DNA of 63,784 nucleotides, the filler included, from Chiloscyllium plagiosum (Eukaryota), in assembly GCF_004010195.1 (NCBI RefSeq). It is 4 parts of one record of this genome, joined end to end, with 100 filler letters (N's around TTAATTAATTAA, not from the genome) between each part and the next. Parts side by side here need not be neighbours in the genome. Positions count along the whole stretch, not along the records: positions 23,608 to 50,220 come from NC_057716.1; 3 more parts are not named here. One strand, given 5' to 3'. The translations under genes and the position numbers were made by a program. This document shows positions 26,847 to 38,838 of the stretch, piece by piece (position 1 is the stretch's first letter; each line of letters begins with the position of its first letter). Below the pieces are notes generated by a model. It was given only the letters and a program-made list of their open reading frames with translations, did not search any database and was not told where the DNA came from.

Positions 26847-29334
26847 TAAGAACGATAGAGATGTGAAGAGGTGGGAGCACCGAGTCCCAGAGATCAGGCA
26901 CCAACCAGCGAGAGACTCAGCAGCCAATGGTGGAGTTATTAACATCAGGAATGGACACAGGGCCAGATAGGGAGGAGATTTCAGTTCAATTCTTCTGTCA
27001 CCTCTGCTCCCTGCCCCCCTATTTCCACATTTTCTTTAAAGTGATGCACTAACGAGGCAAAGGCAGTCAGAGAAAGTGATTCTGACCCAGCGAGTAGTTA
27101 GGGTCTGGAGTGCTCTATTTGGAGTGTGGGGGAGGTAGCTTCCACGAGGGAGGTCGAAGAGGGTTTGTTTCGCTCTCTTTGGACTGGCTTCTTTGGAACT
27201 CCTTGTTCCAGAGAGGAGAGGGGGCAGAGTCCTTGTGTATATTTGACTGTGTGCAAGGATATGACAAAAAGGCAGGAGATAATAATGAAGCAGTGTCGGA
27301 ATGATGGGCCAAATGGCCTCCTCCAGTGTCGGAATGATTCTGTGATTCTGACTCTGTGAATCTGAGTCTCTGTTCTCACACTTCCTAACTCACAAGCAGT
27401 CCTCTACAACCTTCAACTGTTGTGTTCACTGATTACACTGGGGCCCAGTCCCTGTTACACGGCCGTAGTCCTGGACGGTGGGAATCAATTCCCAGTGAGC
27501 TTATGCATTGCAATCGCAGCTGCTGGGTTGCATATGGACTGTCAGAGTGTCCTGCCACATGTCTGAAGGTGACTGAGTTGAGCTCAGAAGCAGTCAGGAG
27601 CCATCGTTTTATTATTAGCATCACTGAGTACAAAAATAAATAAGTTGTTTCGAAACATTTACGAGTGCCTGCTGATGGATTATTGTTTAAATCTGGATGC
27701 CAAACTTCAGGCAGGATGTCCAGATCTTGGTGAGGGAACAGAGGAGATGATTGGGAGGTACTAAAATGGAGAGGGAGGTCAGTAGATGTGGAGCTGGAAA
27801 AGTACAGCAGGTCAGACAGCAGCCGAGGAGCAGGAGAGTCAGAACCAAGGGCTTTGTCCCGAAACGTTGACTTTCCTGCCACACGGTTGCTGCCTGACCT
27901 GCTGTGCTTTTCCAGCTCCATATCCACTGACTCTGGCTTCCAGCATCTGCGGTGCTCACTGTCTCCAGAATACGAAAATGGGAACCGTGCTGAGGGAGCT
28001 CAGATGTGCAGAGTGCCTCAGAGTAAAGGGGCGCTCGTTTAAAATTGAGTTGAGGAGGAATTTCTTCTCTCAGAGGATTGGGAGTCTCTGACACAGAGCT
28101 CTGTGGGGGCAGAGTCCTTGTGTATATTTAAGGCTGAGATCGATAGATTCTCAATCGGTCGGGGAATCGAGGGTTACAGGGAAAGGGCAGGAATGTCAGA
28201 TCAGACACGATCCTATTGAAGCACGGAGCAGGCCGGAGGAGCTGAGTGGCCTACTCCCGATCCTATTTCTTACGGATGGGGAAGGTGAAGGGGAGATTAA
28301 GCAGAGGGGCTTTGATGGATGGAGGAAGTGGATTCCATGAGGGAAGACGATCAGTAGAGTGAAGAGAAATCGGAATGCGCTGCTGAGAAAGGGCGGTGGA
28401 AGCATATTCAACAGGAAAGTTCCAAAGGGATTGGGATAAGTAGATGAAGGAGAAGATTTTGCAGAAACCATGTTTGGGACTGAGCAGGGGAATGGGACTC
28501 TCTTACACACAATGGTTTTGTAAAACTGATGTCTCTTACTCACCTCCTGCTTTGCTCAGTTCCCCTTCCGTTTAGGAGCCAGGGTTGACTGTGGGATCAA
28601 GACCTCACCTTGGAATTAGACACACGCAGAATGCAGCGCCATGTCTATCATAGAGTCAGAGCATGGAAACAGACCCTTCGGTCCAACCCGTCCATACCGA
28701 CCTGATATAGTTCCCGACTGCAGATATGAGGAAAAGCAGGGGAATTCTCCTCATGTCCGAACAATATTTATCCCTTTATCACTTCACTACGCCATGTGAC
28801 AGCTCATTCACTCTTTGCAGGAACTTTTCTACGTCTTTTTTATTCATTTGTGGGCATCGTTGGCTGGGCCCAGTATTTATTGCCCGTCCCTAGTCTCCCC
28901 TTGAGAAGGTGGGGGTGAGCTGCCTTCTTGAATCGTTGCTGCCCATGTGCTGTAGGTTGACCCACAATGCCCTTAGGGAGGGAATTCCAGGATTCTGACC
29001 CAGCGACAGTATTTCCAAGTCAGGATGGTGACTGGCTTGGGGGGGTTCTTGCAGGGGTTGGTGTTCCCATGTATCTGCTGCCCCTGCCCTTCAGGGAGGA
29101 AGTGGCCGTGGGTTTGGAAGGTGCTGTCTGAGGATCTTTCTGCAGTGCGTCTTGTAGATAGTGCCCACTGATGCCACTGAACATCAGCCGTGGAGGGAGT
29201 GGATGTTTGTGTATGTGGTGCCAATCAAGCGGCTGCTTTGTCCTGGATGGAGTTGAGCTTCTTGAGTGTTGTTGGAGCCGCACCCATCCAGGCAAGTGGG
29301 GAGTATTCCATCACCCTCCTGACTTGTGCCTTGT

Positions 29335-30395
29335 AGATGGGTAGCAGGGATGATCCAGGTAATTATAGACCGGTCAGCCTGGTGTCAGAGGTAGGGAAGC
29401 TGCTGGAGAAGATACTAAAGGATAGTATCTATTCCCATTTGGAAGAAAATGGGCTTCTCAGTGATAAGCAACATGGTTTTGTGCAGGGAAGGTCATGTCT
29501 TACCAACTTAATAGAATTCTTTGAGGAAATGACAAAGTTGATTGATGAGGGAAGGGCTGTAGATGTCATATACATGGACTTCAGTAAGGCATTTGATAAG
29601 GTTCCCCTGGTAGGCTGATGGAGAATGTGAAGTCACATGGGGTCCAGGGTGTACTAGCTAGATGGATAGAGAACTGGCTGGGCAACAGGAGACAGAGAGT
29701 AGTCGTGGAAGGGAGCTTCTCAAAATGGAGAACTGTGACCCGTGGTGTCCCACAGGGATCTATGTTGGGGGACACTGTTGTTTGTGATATACATAAATAA
29801 ATCTGGAGGAAGGTAGAGGTGGTCTGATTAGCAATTTTGCAGATGACACTAAAATTGATGGAATAGCAGATAGTGAAGGGGATTGTCAGAGAATACAGCA
29901 GAATATAGATAGACTGGAGAGTTGGGCAGACAAATGGCAGATAGGGTTCACTCCAGGCAAATGCGAGGTAATGCATTTTGGAAGATCCAATTCAAGAGCA
30001 AACTATACAGTAAATGGAAAAGCCCTGAGGGGGAACCTGATTGAGGTCTACAAAATCATGAGAGGTATAGACAGGGTGGATAGCAAGAAGCTTTTTTCCC
30101 AGAGTGGGGGACTCAGATACGAGGGGTCATGAGTTCAAAGAGCGAGGGGAAAAGTTTAAGGGAAATATGTGTGTAAAGTTCTTTATGCAGAGGGTAGTGG
30201 GTGCCTGGAACACGTTGCCAGTGGAGATGGTAGAGGTGGGCATGATGGCGTCATTGAAGATGTATCTAGACAGATACATGAATGGGCAGGGAGCAGAGGG
30301 ATACAGATCCTTGGAAAATAGGAACCAGGTTTAGATAGAGGATCTGGATCAGCGCAGGCTTGGAGGGCCGAAGGGCCTGTGCTATAATGTTCTTT
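29335..30395 (+). mobile_element. CR1 LINE ORF2 remnant
   Basis: NYRPVSLVSEVGKLLEKILKD...VIYMDFSKAFDKVP...GVPQGS. Confidence 0.9.
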
Positions 30396-31618
30396 GCTCT
30401 TTGAATTTTTATCTCTCGCAGTATTAAGTAGAACACAGAAGCTCTCACAAACAGTAAGAGGAATATCCAACTAATTTGGTTCAGAGATTTTAATGAAAGA
30501 ATGAGAAGAAAATAGGGAAAGCTCCCCTTGCCTTTGTTTAAAAACGTGCCACAGGAGCTTTTAAAACTGGAGAAAGCATCTGACCCTTATGGCAGGGGTG
30601 GGGGAGTGGGGGGGCATCTCTCACCGACCAGCACTCCTTCAGTACTGCTCAGGAATGATTCAGTTCGACGTGTCCCAGTCTCGGGAATCGGATTAGAGCC
30701 CATCATTTACGACTGAGATCGGAGAGGACGCTGCCCATTGATGCAGGGCTGACTAGCTGAGGAGACTGGAAAATGGAGGGTTCCACCAACTGGGCCTATA
30801 GTTAGAAAGATGAATCTATGCCAGAGACCTCAAGCAGCTGGGGCGAGAGCAAATTTAATGCGAGAACAGCTGAGAACAAACGTAAAAATAGCAGCAACGT
30901 CAAGGGCATACAGGACTTAAAATAACAAATTCCAATTGCAAGAGGAGGTTAGCAAATGGATGCTCACCAAAAATAACTGCACATGGCCGCCTCAAGGATC
31001 AGGGGTTGGGTAGGACCTCCAGCAAAGAGTAGGATGGGGCCTAGTAGGGTGACCCTATAAAAGGATAAAGTGAGGCCTAGGATAATAAGGGAGAGTGAGG
31101 CCGAGGACAAAGGCAGATGACTAGAGGAGGTTAAGGTAGAGGATGAGGCCTGGGTCAAGCAGGTCAAGTGAGGCCTGGCATAAAGGAAGGAAAAACTGAA
31201 ACAAAGGCATAAGTTGAGACCGACTGTTAAGGTAAGGCCTAATGCAAATGATAGGGTGAGACCTAGTATGGAAAGGCCTGTAGTACCTGAGGGATAGAGT
31301 GACCCCGAGGGTAAGGGGTATGCTGAGGCCTAGAGGCCACTTGGCAGTGGAGTGAGGCCTGGGATAAGGAGCAGGGATTTGAGACCTGGGAGGTTGAGGC
31401 CTAGGGCAAGGGAGATGGTGATGCTGTGGACAATCAAAAGGTATTGTGGGGGCAAGGGATAGGGTTGAGTTTTGGATGATGAAGCCAGTGGGGGAAGGGA
31501 AGGAGACCTATAGAGTAATGCCCGAGGGATAGGTCAAGGATCAGGAAAAAATAGAGTGAGATTTAAGACAAGCGGATAAGCTAGATCTCGGGCAAGATGA
31601 AAAAGGAGCAATTCTTGG

Positions 31619-32285
31619 GGAAGTAACTCCAAGAGGGCGGTATCCCGTCACCAAGTCTCCCTTAATTTACACGGAGAGACTGATCCTTTTTCCTCAGGGC
31701 CAGCTCTCAGGGGGAACAGAACCTCTGACCCTCCTGTTTATTTTTTATTTATTTATTTATTTTATTTTATTAAACAAATTACAAAAACAGTTTACAACAA
31801 ACAGTTACATTTACAGCTGCATACAAGAGACAGCAATTTTACAAGGGAGAGGAGCAGCAAAGCCAGGCCCCAAACCCTACCGTACCCTCCTGTTTATATC
31901 TGTCAGCCAGGGCTCCCTAATTGGACCAGGTTAACAGCCCCAATCAGGGAACTCACATTCTGTGACAATAGACAATAGATGCAGGAGTTAGGCCATTCAG
32001 CCCTTCGAGCCTGCACCACCATTCAATATGATCATGGCTGATCATCCTCAATCAGTATCCTGTTCCTGCCTTATCCCCATAACCCTTGATTCCACTATCC
32101 TTAAGAGCTCTATCCAACTCTTTGTTGAAAGTATCCAGAGACTTGGCCTCCACAGCCTTCTGGGGCAGAGCATTCCATACACCCACCACTCTCTGGGTGA
32201 AAAGGTTTCTTCTCAACTCTGTTCTAAATGGACTACCCCTTATTTTTAAACTGTCCACTTGGCTGACCTCATTACAATCACTGCA
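31619..32285 (-). mobile_element. Complete solo LTR (family X) with two nested insertions
   Basis: 5-bp TSD CTTGG (31614-31618 and 32286-32290), (TG)...CA-type termini, GATATAAA TATA-like box and AATAAA on the minus strand. Interrupted at 31742-31883 and about 31966-32251. Confidence 0.8.
31742..31883 (-). mobile_element. 5'-truncated poly(A) non-LTR retroelement (L1/Tx1-like 3' UTR) inside the LTR
   Basis: 14-bp TSD ACCCTCCTGTTTAT (31728-31741 and 31884-31897). The minus strand ends in AATAAA and (TAAA)n/A-tail. Confidence 0.8.
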
Positions 32286-32449
32286 CTTGGTCAGATTATT
32301 GTGCTCAGGACAGTGTGGGGGACTTGGTTGAGTTGATCACTCACCCAGATTAACATCAAAGACAGAAGGAAAGCCATTCGAAAGAAACAATGTGTAAAGT
32401 CAATATATGATTGAGATGGAGATCACTGAGCTTTACCCTTTCCTCACAG

Positions 32450-32510
32450 GTTACAAGATGAAATCCAACTGAAGGAGGAAGCTGAAAATAATCTTGCTGC
32501 TTTCCGACAT
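32450..32510 (+). CDS. des: Desmin exon 2 (coil 1B)
   Basis: Acceptor ctttaccctttcctcacAG, donor GTAAGT, 61 nt. Reads (x)LQDEIQLKEEAENNLAAFRH, matching vertebrate desmin exon 2 in size and sequence. Confidence 0.95.
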
Positions 32511-34611
32511 GTAAGTCCTGTATTCTGATCACAGAAAAATCCCAGAAGGAGGTTAAAAAAAAAGATATTTTTTAGAACTTACTTCGAACTCTTCAGCTTA
32601 CTGATTGTTAAATAGTTTCAGTAATGGGGAGAAAAGAGATTTGGACTGTCACAGAATCGCCCAATCAGGTAGTGAAGAGACTGCTCTTTTTCTGATTGGC
32701 TGCTGGTGACAGTGGGGGGAAGGAAGCACCAATGGCAGGGAATGTTGGGACATGGTGGGTGGCCATTCCAGGGACCTTGTGGTATTATTATTATTCCAAC
32801 GTTCTGGAATCTGTCAGATGGTGAAGTTTGAATTCAAAGTGAAAAGAAATCTGGGGCCAAGAGGTCAATAACGGTCATGATACCATTGTTGTCAAAACCC
32901 ATCTGGTTCACACCTTTAGATTAGATTCCCTACAGTGTGGAAGCAGGCCCTTCAGCCCAACAAGTCCACACCGACCCTCCGAAGAGTAACCCACCCAGAC
33001 CCATTTCCCTACATTTACCTCTGACTAATGCACCTAACACTACGGGCAATTTCCCATGGCCAATCCACCTGACCTGCACACCTTTGGACTGTGGGAGGAA
33101 ACCGGAGCACCCCCGGAGGAAACCCACGCAGACACGGGGAGAACGTGCAAACTCCACACAGGCAGCCGTGTGAGACTGGAATCGAATCCAGGTCTCTGGC
33201 GCGGTAAAGCAACAGTATTAACCACTGAGCCAACGTGCTGCCCATTGTGGCATTGACTGAGGAACAGTCACATCTGAGGTTCCCAACTAAAAGCTCTCAT
33301 TCCAATCCCAAACGGGGTGGCAAATAAATTCAGTTGATAAATCTGGAATTTTCGTTTACGAGGAAGAATTTGTTATGGTCCTTAGGGCTAAAGGGATTAA
33401 AGAATACCGGGAGAAAGCAGGAGCAGGGAACTGAGTTGGATGTTCGGACATGATCATATTGATAAAAGTTCGCAAATATTTTGTTAGGCCACATTTCGAA
33501 GATTGTGTTTTAGGAAGGATGTAGAGGCTTTGGAGAGGGTGCAGAAGAGGTTTACCAGGATGCTGCCTGGATTGGAGGGTATTAGCTACAAGGAGAGGGT
33601 GGACAAACACGGATCGTCTTCACTAGAGCTTGGAAACTGAGGGGCATCCTGATAGAAGTCTCTAACATTATGAGAGGCCCAGGTAGGGTGGAGAGTCAGA
33701 GTCTTTTTCCCAGAGTGGGAATGTCAAATACTTGGGGACGTAGCTTTAAGGTGAGAGGGGAGAGGTTTAAGGGAGATGTGTGAGGCAAGTGCTTTTATAC
33801 AGAGGGTGGTAGGTGTCTGGAACTTAGGGGAGGTGGGAGTAACAGATACAATAGCAATGGTCAAGAAACATTATACAGATGCAGAAACAGGAGGGGAATA
33901 GAGGGATACGGACCATCTGCAAGAAGCTGGGATTAGTTTGGAATGGCATCATTGTTTGCACAGACATGGCCTGTTCCTGTGCTGTACTGTTCTATGAATG
34001 GCAGAGCAGGTTTGAAGGGCTGAATGGCCTCCTCCTATCCTCTATGTTTGTGTGAATTGAAAGTAAGTGCTTCTCTAAAGGGACGCCATGGTGGCTCAGT
34101 GGTTAGCACGGCTGCCTCACAGCACCAGGGTCCCAAGTTCAACTCCAGCCTTGGACAATGTCTGTGTAGAGTTTGCACATTCTCCCCGTGTCTGCGTGGG
34201 TTTCCTCTGGGTGCTCCGGTTTCCTCCCACAGTCCAAAGATGTGCAAGTTAGGTGAATTGGCCATGGGAAATTGCCCGTAGTGTTTGGTGCATTAGTCAG
34301 AGGGGAATGGGTCTAGGTGGGTTACTCTTCGGAGGGCTAGTGTGGACTTGTTGGGCCGAAGGGCCTGTTTCCACACTGTAGAGAATCTAATCTAAACCCT
34401 GGGCTCTGTTGCAGTGGGGGAGCTGCATTCTTGACAAAATGTAGCAAAGAAAGGTTTTGGAAGATGGGTTTTGTTGCATAACACTCAGTCTGGTGAGGAT
34501 AAAGCAAGGCAGCACCTCTCTGAGCCGTCTGTGCCCTCCTCTAACTCTCGGCACAGAGCATCCTGATTTAAGGAGCCTCCCACTTTCCTGTGTTATATTT
34601 GGAAGTCGACA

Positions 34612-35762
34612 TTCTAAATTAAACTCCATCTGCCACTCCTTGGCCCATCTGGTCCAGATCCTGTTGTAATCTGAGGTAACCCTCTTCTCTGTCCACTACA
34701 ACTTCAATTTTGGTGTCATCTGCAAACTTACTAACTGTACCTCTTATGCTTGCATCCAAATCATTTGTATAAATGATGAAAAGCAGTGGATCCAGCACCG
34801 ATCCTTGTGGCACTCCACTGGTCATAGGCCTCCAGTCTGAAAAACAACCCTCCACACCACCCCAACCCTCCACCACCACCCTCTGTCTTCAACCTTGAGC
34901 CAGTTCTGTATCCAAATGGCTAGTTCTCCCTGTATTCCATGAGATCTAACCTTGCTAACCAGTCTCCCATGGGGAACCTTGTCGAACGCCTTACTGAAGT
35001 CCATATAGATCACATCTACTACTCTGCCCTCATCAATCCTCTTCGTTACTTCTTCAAAAAACTCAATCAGGTTAGTGAGACATGATTTTCCATGCACAAA
35101 GCCATGTTGACATAGATAGGATAATGAAGAAGGCATTTGGTATGCTTTCCTTTATTGGTCAGAGTATTGAGTACAGGAGTTGGGAGGTCATGTTGCGGCT
35201 GTACAGGATATTGGTTATGGAATACTGTGTGCATTACTGGTCTCCCTCTTATAGGAAGGATGTTGTGAAACTTGAAAGGATTCAGAAAACATTTGTAAGG
35301 TTGTTGTCAGGGTTGGAGGGTTTGAGCTATAGGGACAGGCTGAATAGGCTGGGGCTGTTTTCCCTGGAGCGTCAGAGGCTGAGGGGTGACCTTATAGAGG
35401 TTTATAAAATTATGTGGGGCATGGATAGGATAAACAGACAAAGTCTCTTTCCTGGGGTGGGGGAGTCCAGAACTGGAGGGCATGGGTTTAAGGTGAGAGG
35501 GGATAGATATTAAAGGGACCTAAGGGGCAACTTTTTCACACAGAGGGTGGTACGTGTATGGAATGAGCTGCCAGAGGATGTGGTGGAGGCTGGTACAATT
35601 ACAGCATTTAAGAGGCATCTGGATGGGTATATGAATAGGAAGGGTTTGGAGGGACATAGGCCGGGAGCTGGTAGGTGGAACTAGATTGGGTTGGGATATC
35701 TGGGTCAGCATGGACGGGTTTGACCAAAGGATCTGTCTCTGTGCTATACATCTCTATGACTC
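34612..35762. mobile_element. CR1 insertion with 5' inversion (minus about 34612-35110, plus about 35111-35762)
   Basis: The minus part encodes QHGFVHGKSCLTNLIEFFEE...FADDTK...WQMEFN. The plus part encodes DRIMKKAFGML through to the tail. Confidence 0.85.
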
Positions 35763-35848
35763 CCATCAGGGCAGTCGGAATAATCTCACCGTGTAAGGGA
35801 CCAGTTGGAAAACCTCATGGCCACAGCAGCTTTTCTTTCTGCTTCTAG

Positions 35849-36182
<334 letters not shown>

Positions 36183-36495
36183 ACTGGACAGTGGTTTAGA
36201 GTTTTACTTTAAGGGGTTTGTGTTGTGTTTGCTTGTTGGAAGGTGAAAGGTAATTAATCTCCAGGTCTGCTGGAAGGGTCTCCTCTCTCTTTTGAAAATG
36301 ACACTGCCCATAAAGATATTGTGCATTTTGACCTGTGTGACACTATGACCCTTTAACTGCGTCAATGGGAACACTGGGGCTTGGCACGGCATTCAGAGCC
36401 CTCTCCCTCCCTTCTGGGGCGACTGCAAATTGTTTCCACTTGAACTGAGCAATGCCACGGGTGGCCCAATAATGATTTACTCCATTTGTTTGTAG

Positions 36496-36657
36496 GAACT
36501 GCGGGAGCTGCAGGCTCAGCTCCAGGAACAGCACGTCCAGGTTGAAATGGATCTGTCGAAACCTGACCTCACCGCTGCCCTGCGTGATATCAGGGCACAG
36601 TACGAGTCCATCTCAGCCAAGAATGTCACGGAGGCGGAAGAGTGGTACAAGTCAAAG
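36496..36657 (+). CDS. des: Desmin exon 4 (linker L12 / coil 2 start)
   Basis: Acceptor tttgtttgtAG, donor GTTGGT, 162 nt. Reads [54 protein letters not shown]. Confidence 0.96.
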
Positions 36658-36934
36658 GTTGGTGCTGGGCGGTTCCCCCCATTACCCACCGAGCGACTGG
36701 GATGCTGGGGCCTCTGGGTACCATGTGGGGAGAGGCGTGTGTGGACCTAACATCCAAATGGAATAGATATGCTAGCTCAAAGATTGCTGTGCCCACTTGG
36801 CATATGGGATGGATGCCAACAATTTTCTGTTTACTAACTCGACTAGCAGAGCATTAGATTTTATTTGAGAATGCAGGCTTTGCAACGTTTTTCCTGTGCA
36901 GTGGTAATGTCTCTATCTCTGAGCTAGTAGAGCC

Positions 36935-37498
36935 ATAGTCACAGAGACAGTCCAACCCGTCCATGCCGACCAGACATCCCAACCCAATCTAGTCGCACCT
37001 TCCAGCACCCAGCCCATATCCCTCCAAACCCTTCCTATTCATATACCCATCCAAATGCCTCTTAAATGTTGCAATTGTACCAGCCTCCACCACTTCCTCT
37101 GGCAGCTCATACCATACACATACCACCCTCTGTGTGAAAAAGTTGCCCCTTAGGTCCCTTTTATATCTTTCCCCTCTCACCCTAAAGCCTCTAGTTCTGG
37201 ATTCCCCCACCCCAGGGAAAAGCCTTTGCCTATTTACCCTATCCATGCCCATCAGAATTTTGTAAACCTCTATTAGGTCACCCCTCAGCCTTTGACGGTC
37301 CAGGGAAAACAGCCCCAGCCTATCCAACCTCTCCCTGTAGCTCAAATCCTCCAACCCTGGCAACATCCTTGTAAATCTTTTCTGAACCCTTTCAAGTTTC
37401 ACAACATCCTTCCCATAGGAAAGAGACCAGAATTGCACATAATATTCCAAAACTGTGTAACCAGCGTCCTGTACAGCCACAGCATGACCTCCCAACAA
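36935..37498 (-). mobile_element. CR1 LINE 3' fragment in desmin intron 4
   Basis: LEYYVQFWS...[26 protein letters not shown]. Confidence 0.9.
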
Positions 37499-37869
37499 CT
37501 CCCACCTGCTCCAGAGGCATATTATAATCTGTTAGAGGATTCTCAGGAGATCTGACAGGGTAGACGCAGAGAGTAGATGGTATAATTGAGAGTGTGGCGC
37601 TGGAAAAGCATAGCAGTATCTGAGAAGCAGCAGAATCAATGTTCTGAGCATAAGCTCTTCATCAGGACTGTCTCCTGCTCCTCGGATGCTGCCTGACCGG
37701 CTGTGCTTTTCCAGCACCACACTCTCAACTCTGATCTCCAGCTCCCGCTTTCTCCCTCTATAATCTCAGCTATTACATAACTAGGAACTAGCCATTAAGT
37801 AATATGTAATTAACCTATTTACTGTTCATCAAGTTCAACCTAATGTTTAGAGTTCCCTAATCAGATTGA

Positions 37870-38090
37870 TCAAGTCACCATAATCTTACCAGATGGTCGG
37901 GCTGCTCTGTTTTTAGAGTGAGATGGCTGGTGGTAGTTTAAACTGAGGGTCACCACATCTCAGGCGAGGGGGAGAGGTTTAGAAAGGGAGCCCTTCATGG
38001 TACCCTCAGCTGGTGTGGGAATTGAACCCACGCTGTTAGCGCCACTACCTCATAACCAAGCCATTCAGCCAACTGAGCTAACTGACCCTA
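37870..38090 (-). mobile_element. Third tRNA-derived SINE family
   Basis: Minus-strand head GGGTCAGTTAGCTCAGTTGG...GGGTTCAATTCCC. A degenerate copy lies at about 55510-55685(+). Confidence 0.6.
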
Positions 38091-38169
38091 CTACCACCTG
38101 ACCCAAATCATCCCAGTGACTGGCAACTGTGAATCTACTGGAGCTATCCCAGATCATTTCCCTGAAGAC

Positions 38170-38510
38170 GGGGAAGCGGTGGCTGAGTGGTATTGTTGCT
38201 GGACTGTTCACCCAGAGACCCAGGTAATATTCTGGGGGAGCTGGGGTCAGATCCTGCCATTTGAATTCAATAAGAGGAGAAATTTGGAATTAAGAGTCTA
38301 ATGATGACTATGAATCCATTGTTGGAAAAGCCCACCTGGGTCACCAATGCCCTTCAGGGAAGGAAACTGCCAACCTTACCTGGTCTGGCCTACATGTGAC
38401 TCCAGACTCACAGTAATGTGGTTGACTCCTAACTGCCCTCTGGGTAATTAGGGATGGGCAATAAATGCTGGCCTGGCCATTGACGTTGCTCATTCTATGA
38501 ATGAATAAAG
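38170..38510 (+). mobile_element. tRNA-headed SINE sharing its 3' tail with the L2/Crack-like LINE
   Basis: CCTGGTCTGGCCTACATGTGACTCCAGAC...AATTAGGGATGGGCAATAAATGCTGGCC. Copies at about 11205-11362, 22304-22570 and 48735-49060. Confidence 0.75.
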
Positions 38511-38604
38511 AATTATAGCAGTGAGTTCTGGAATATTACAAACACCAATGACATAACTGCTTACGCACATGCTCAATAGAGTAAAGGTACAGTTAACCTA
38601 TTAA

Positions 38605-38838
<234 letters not shown>

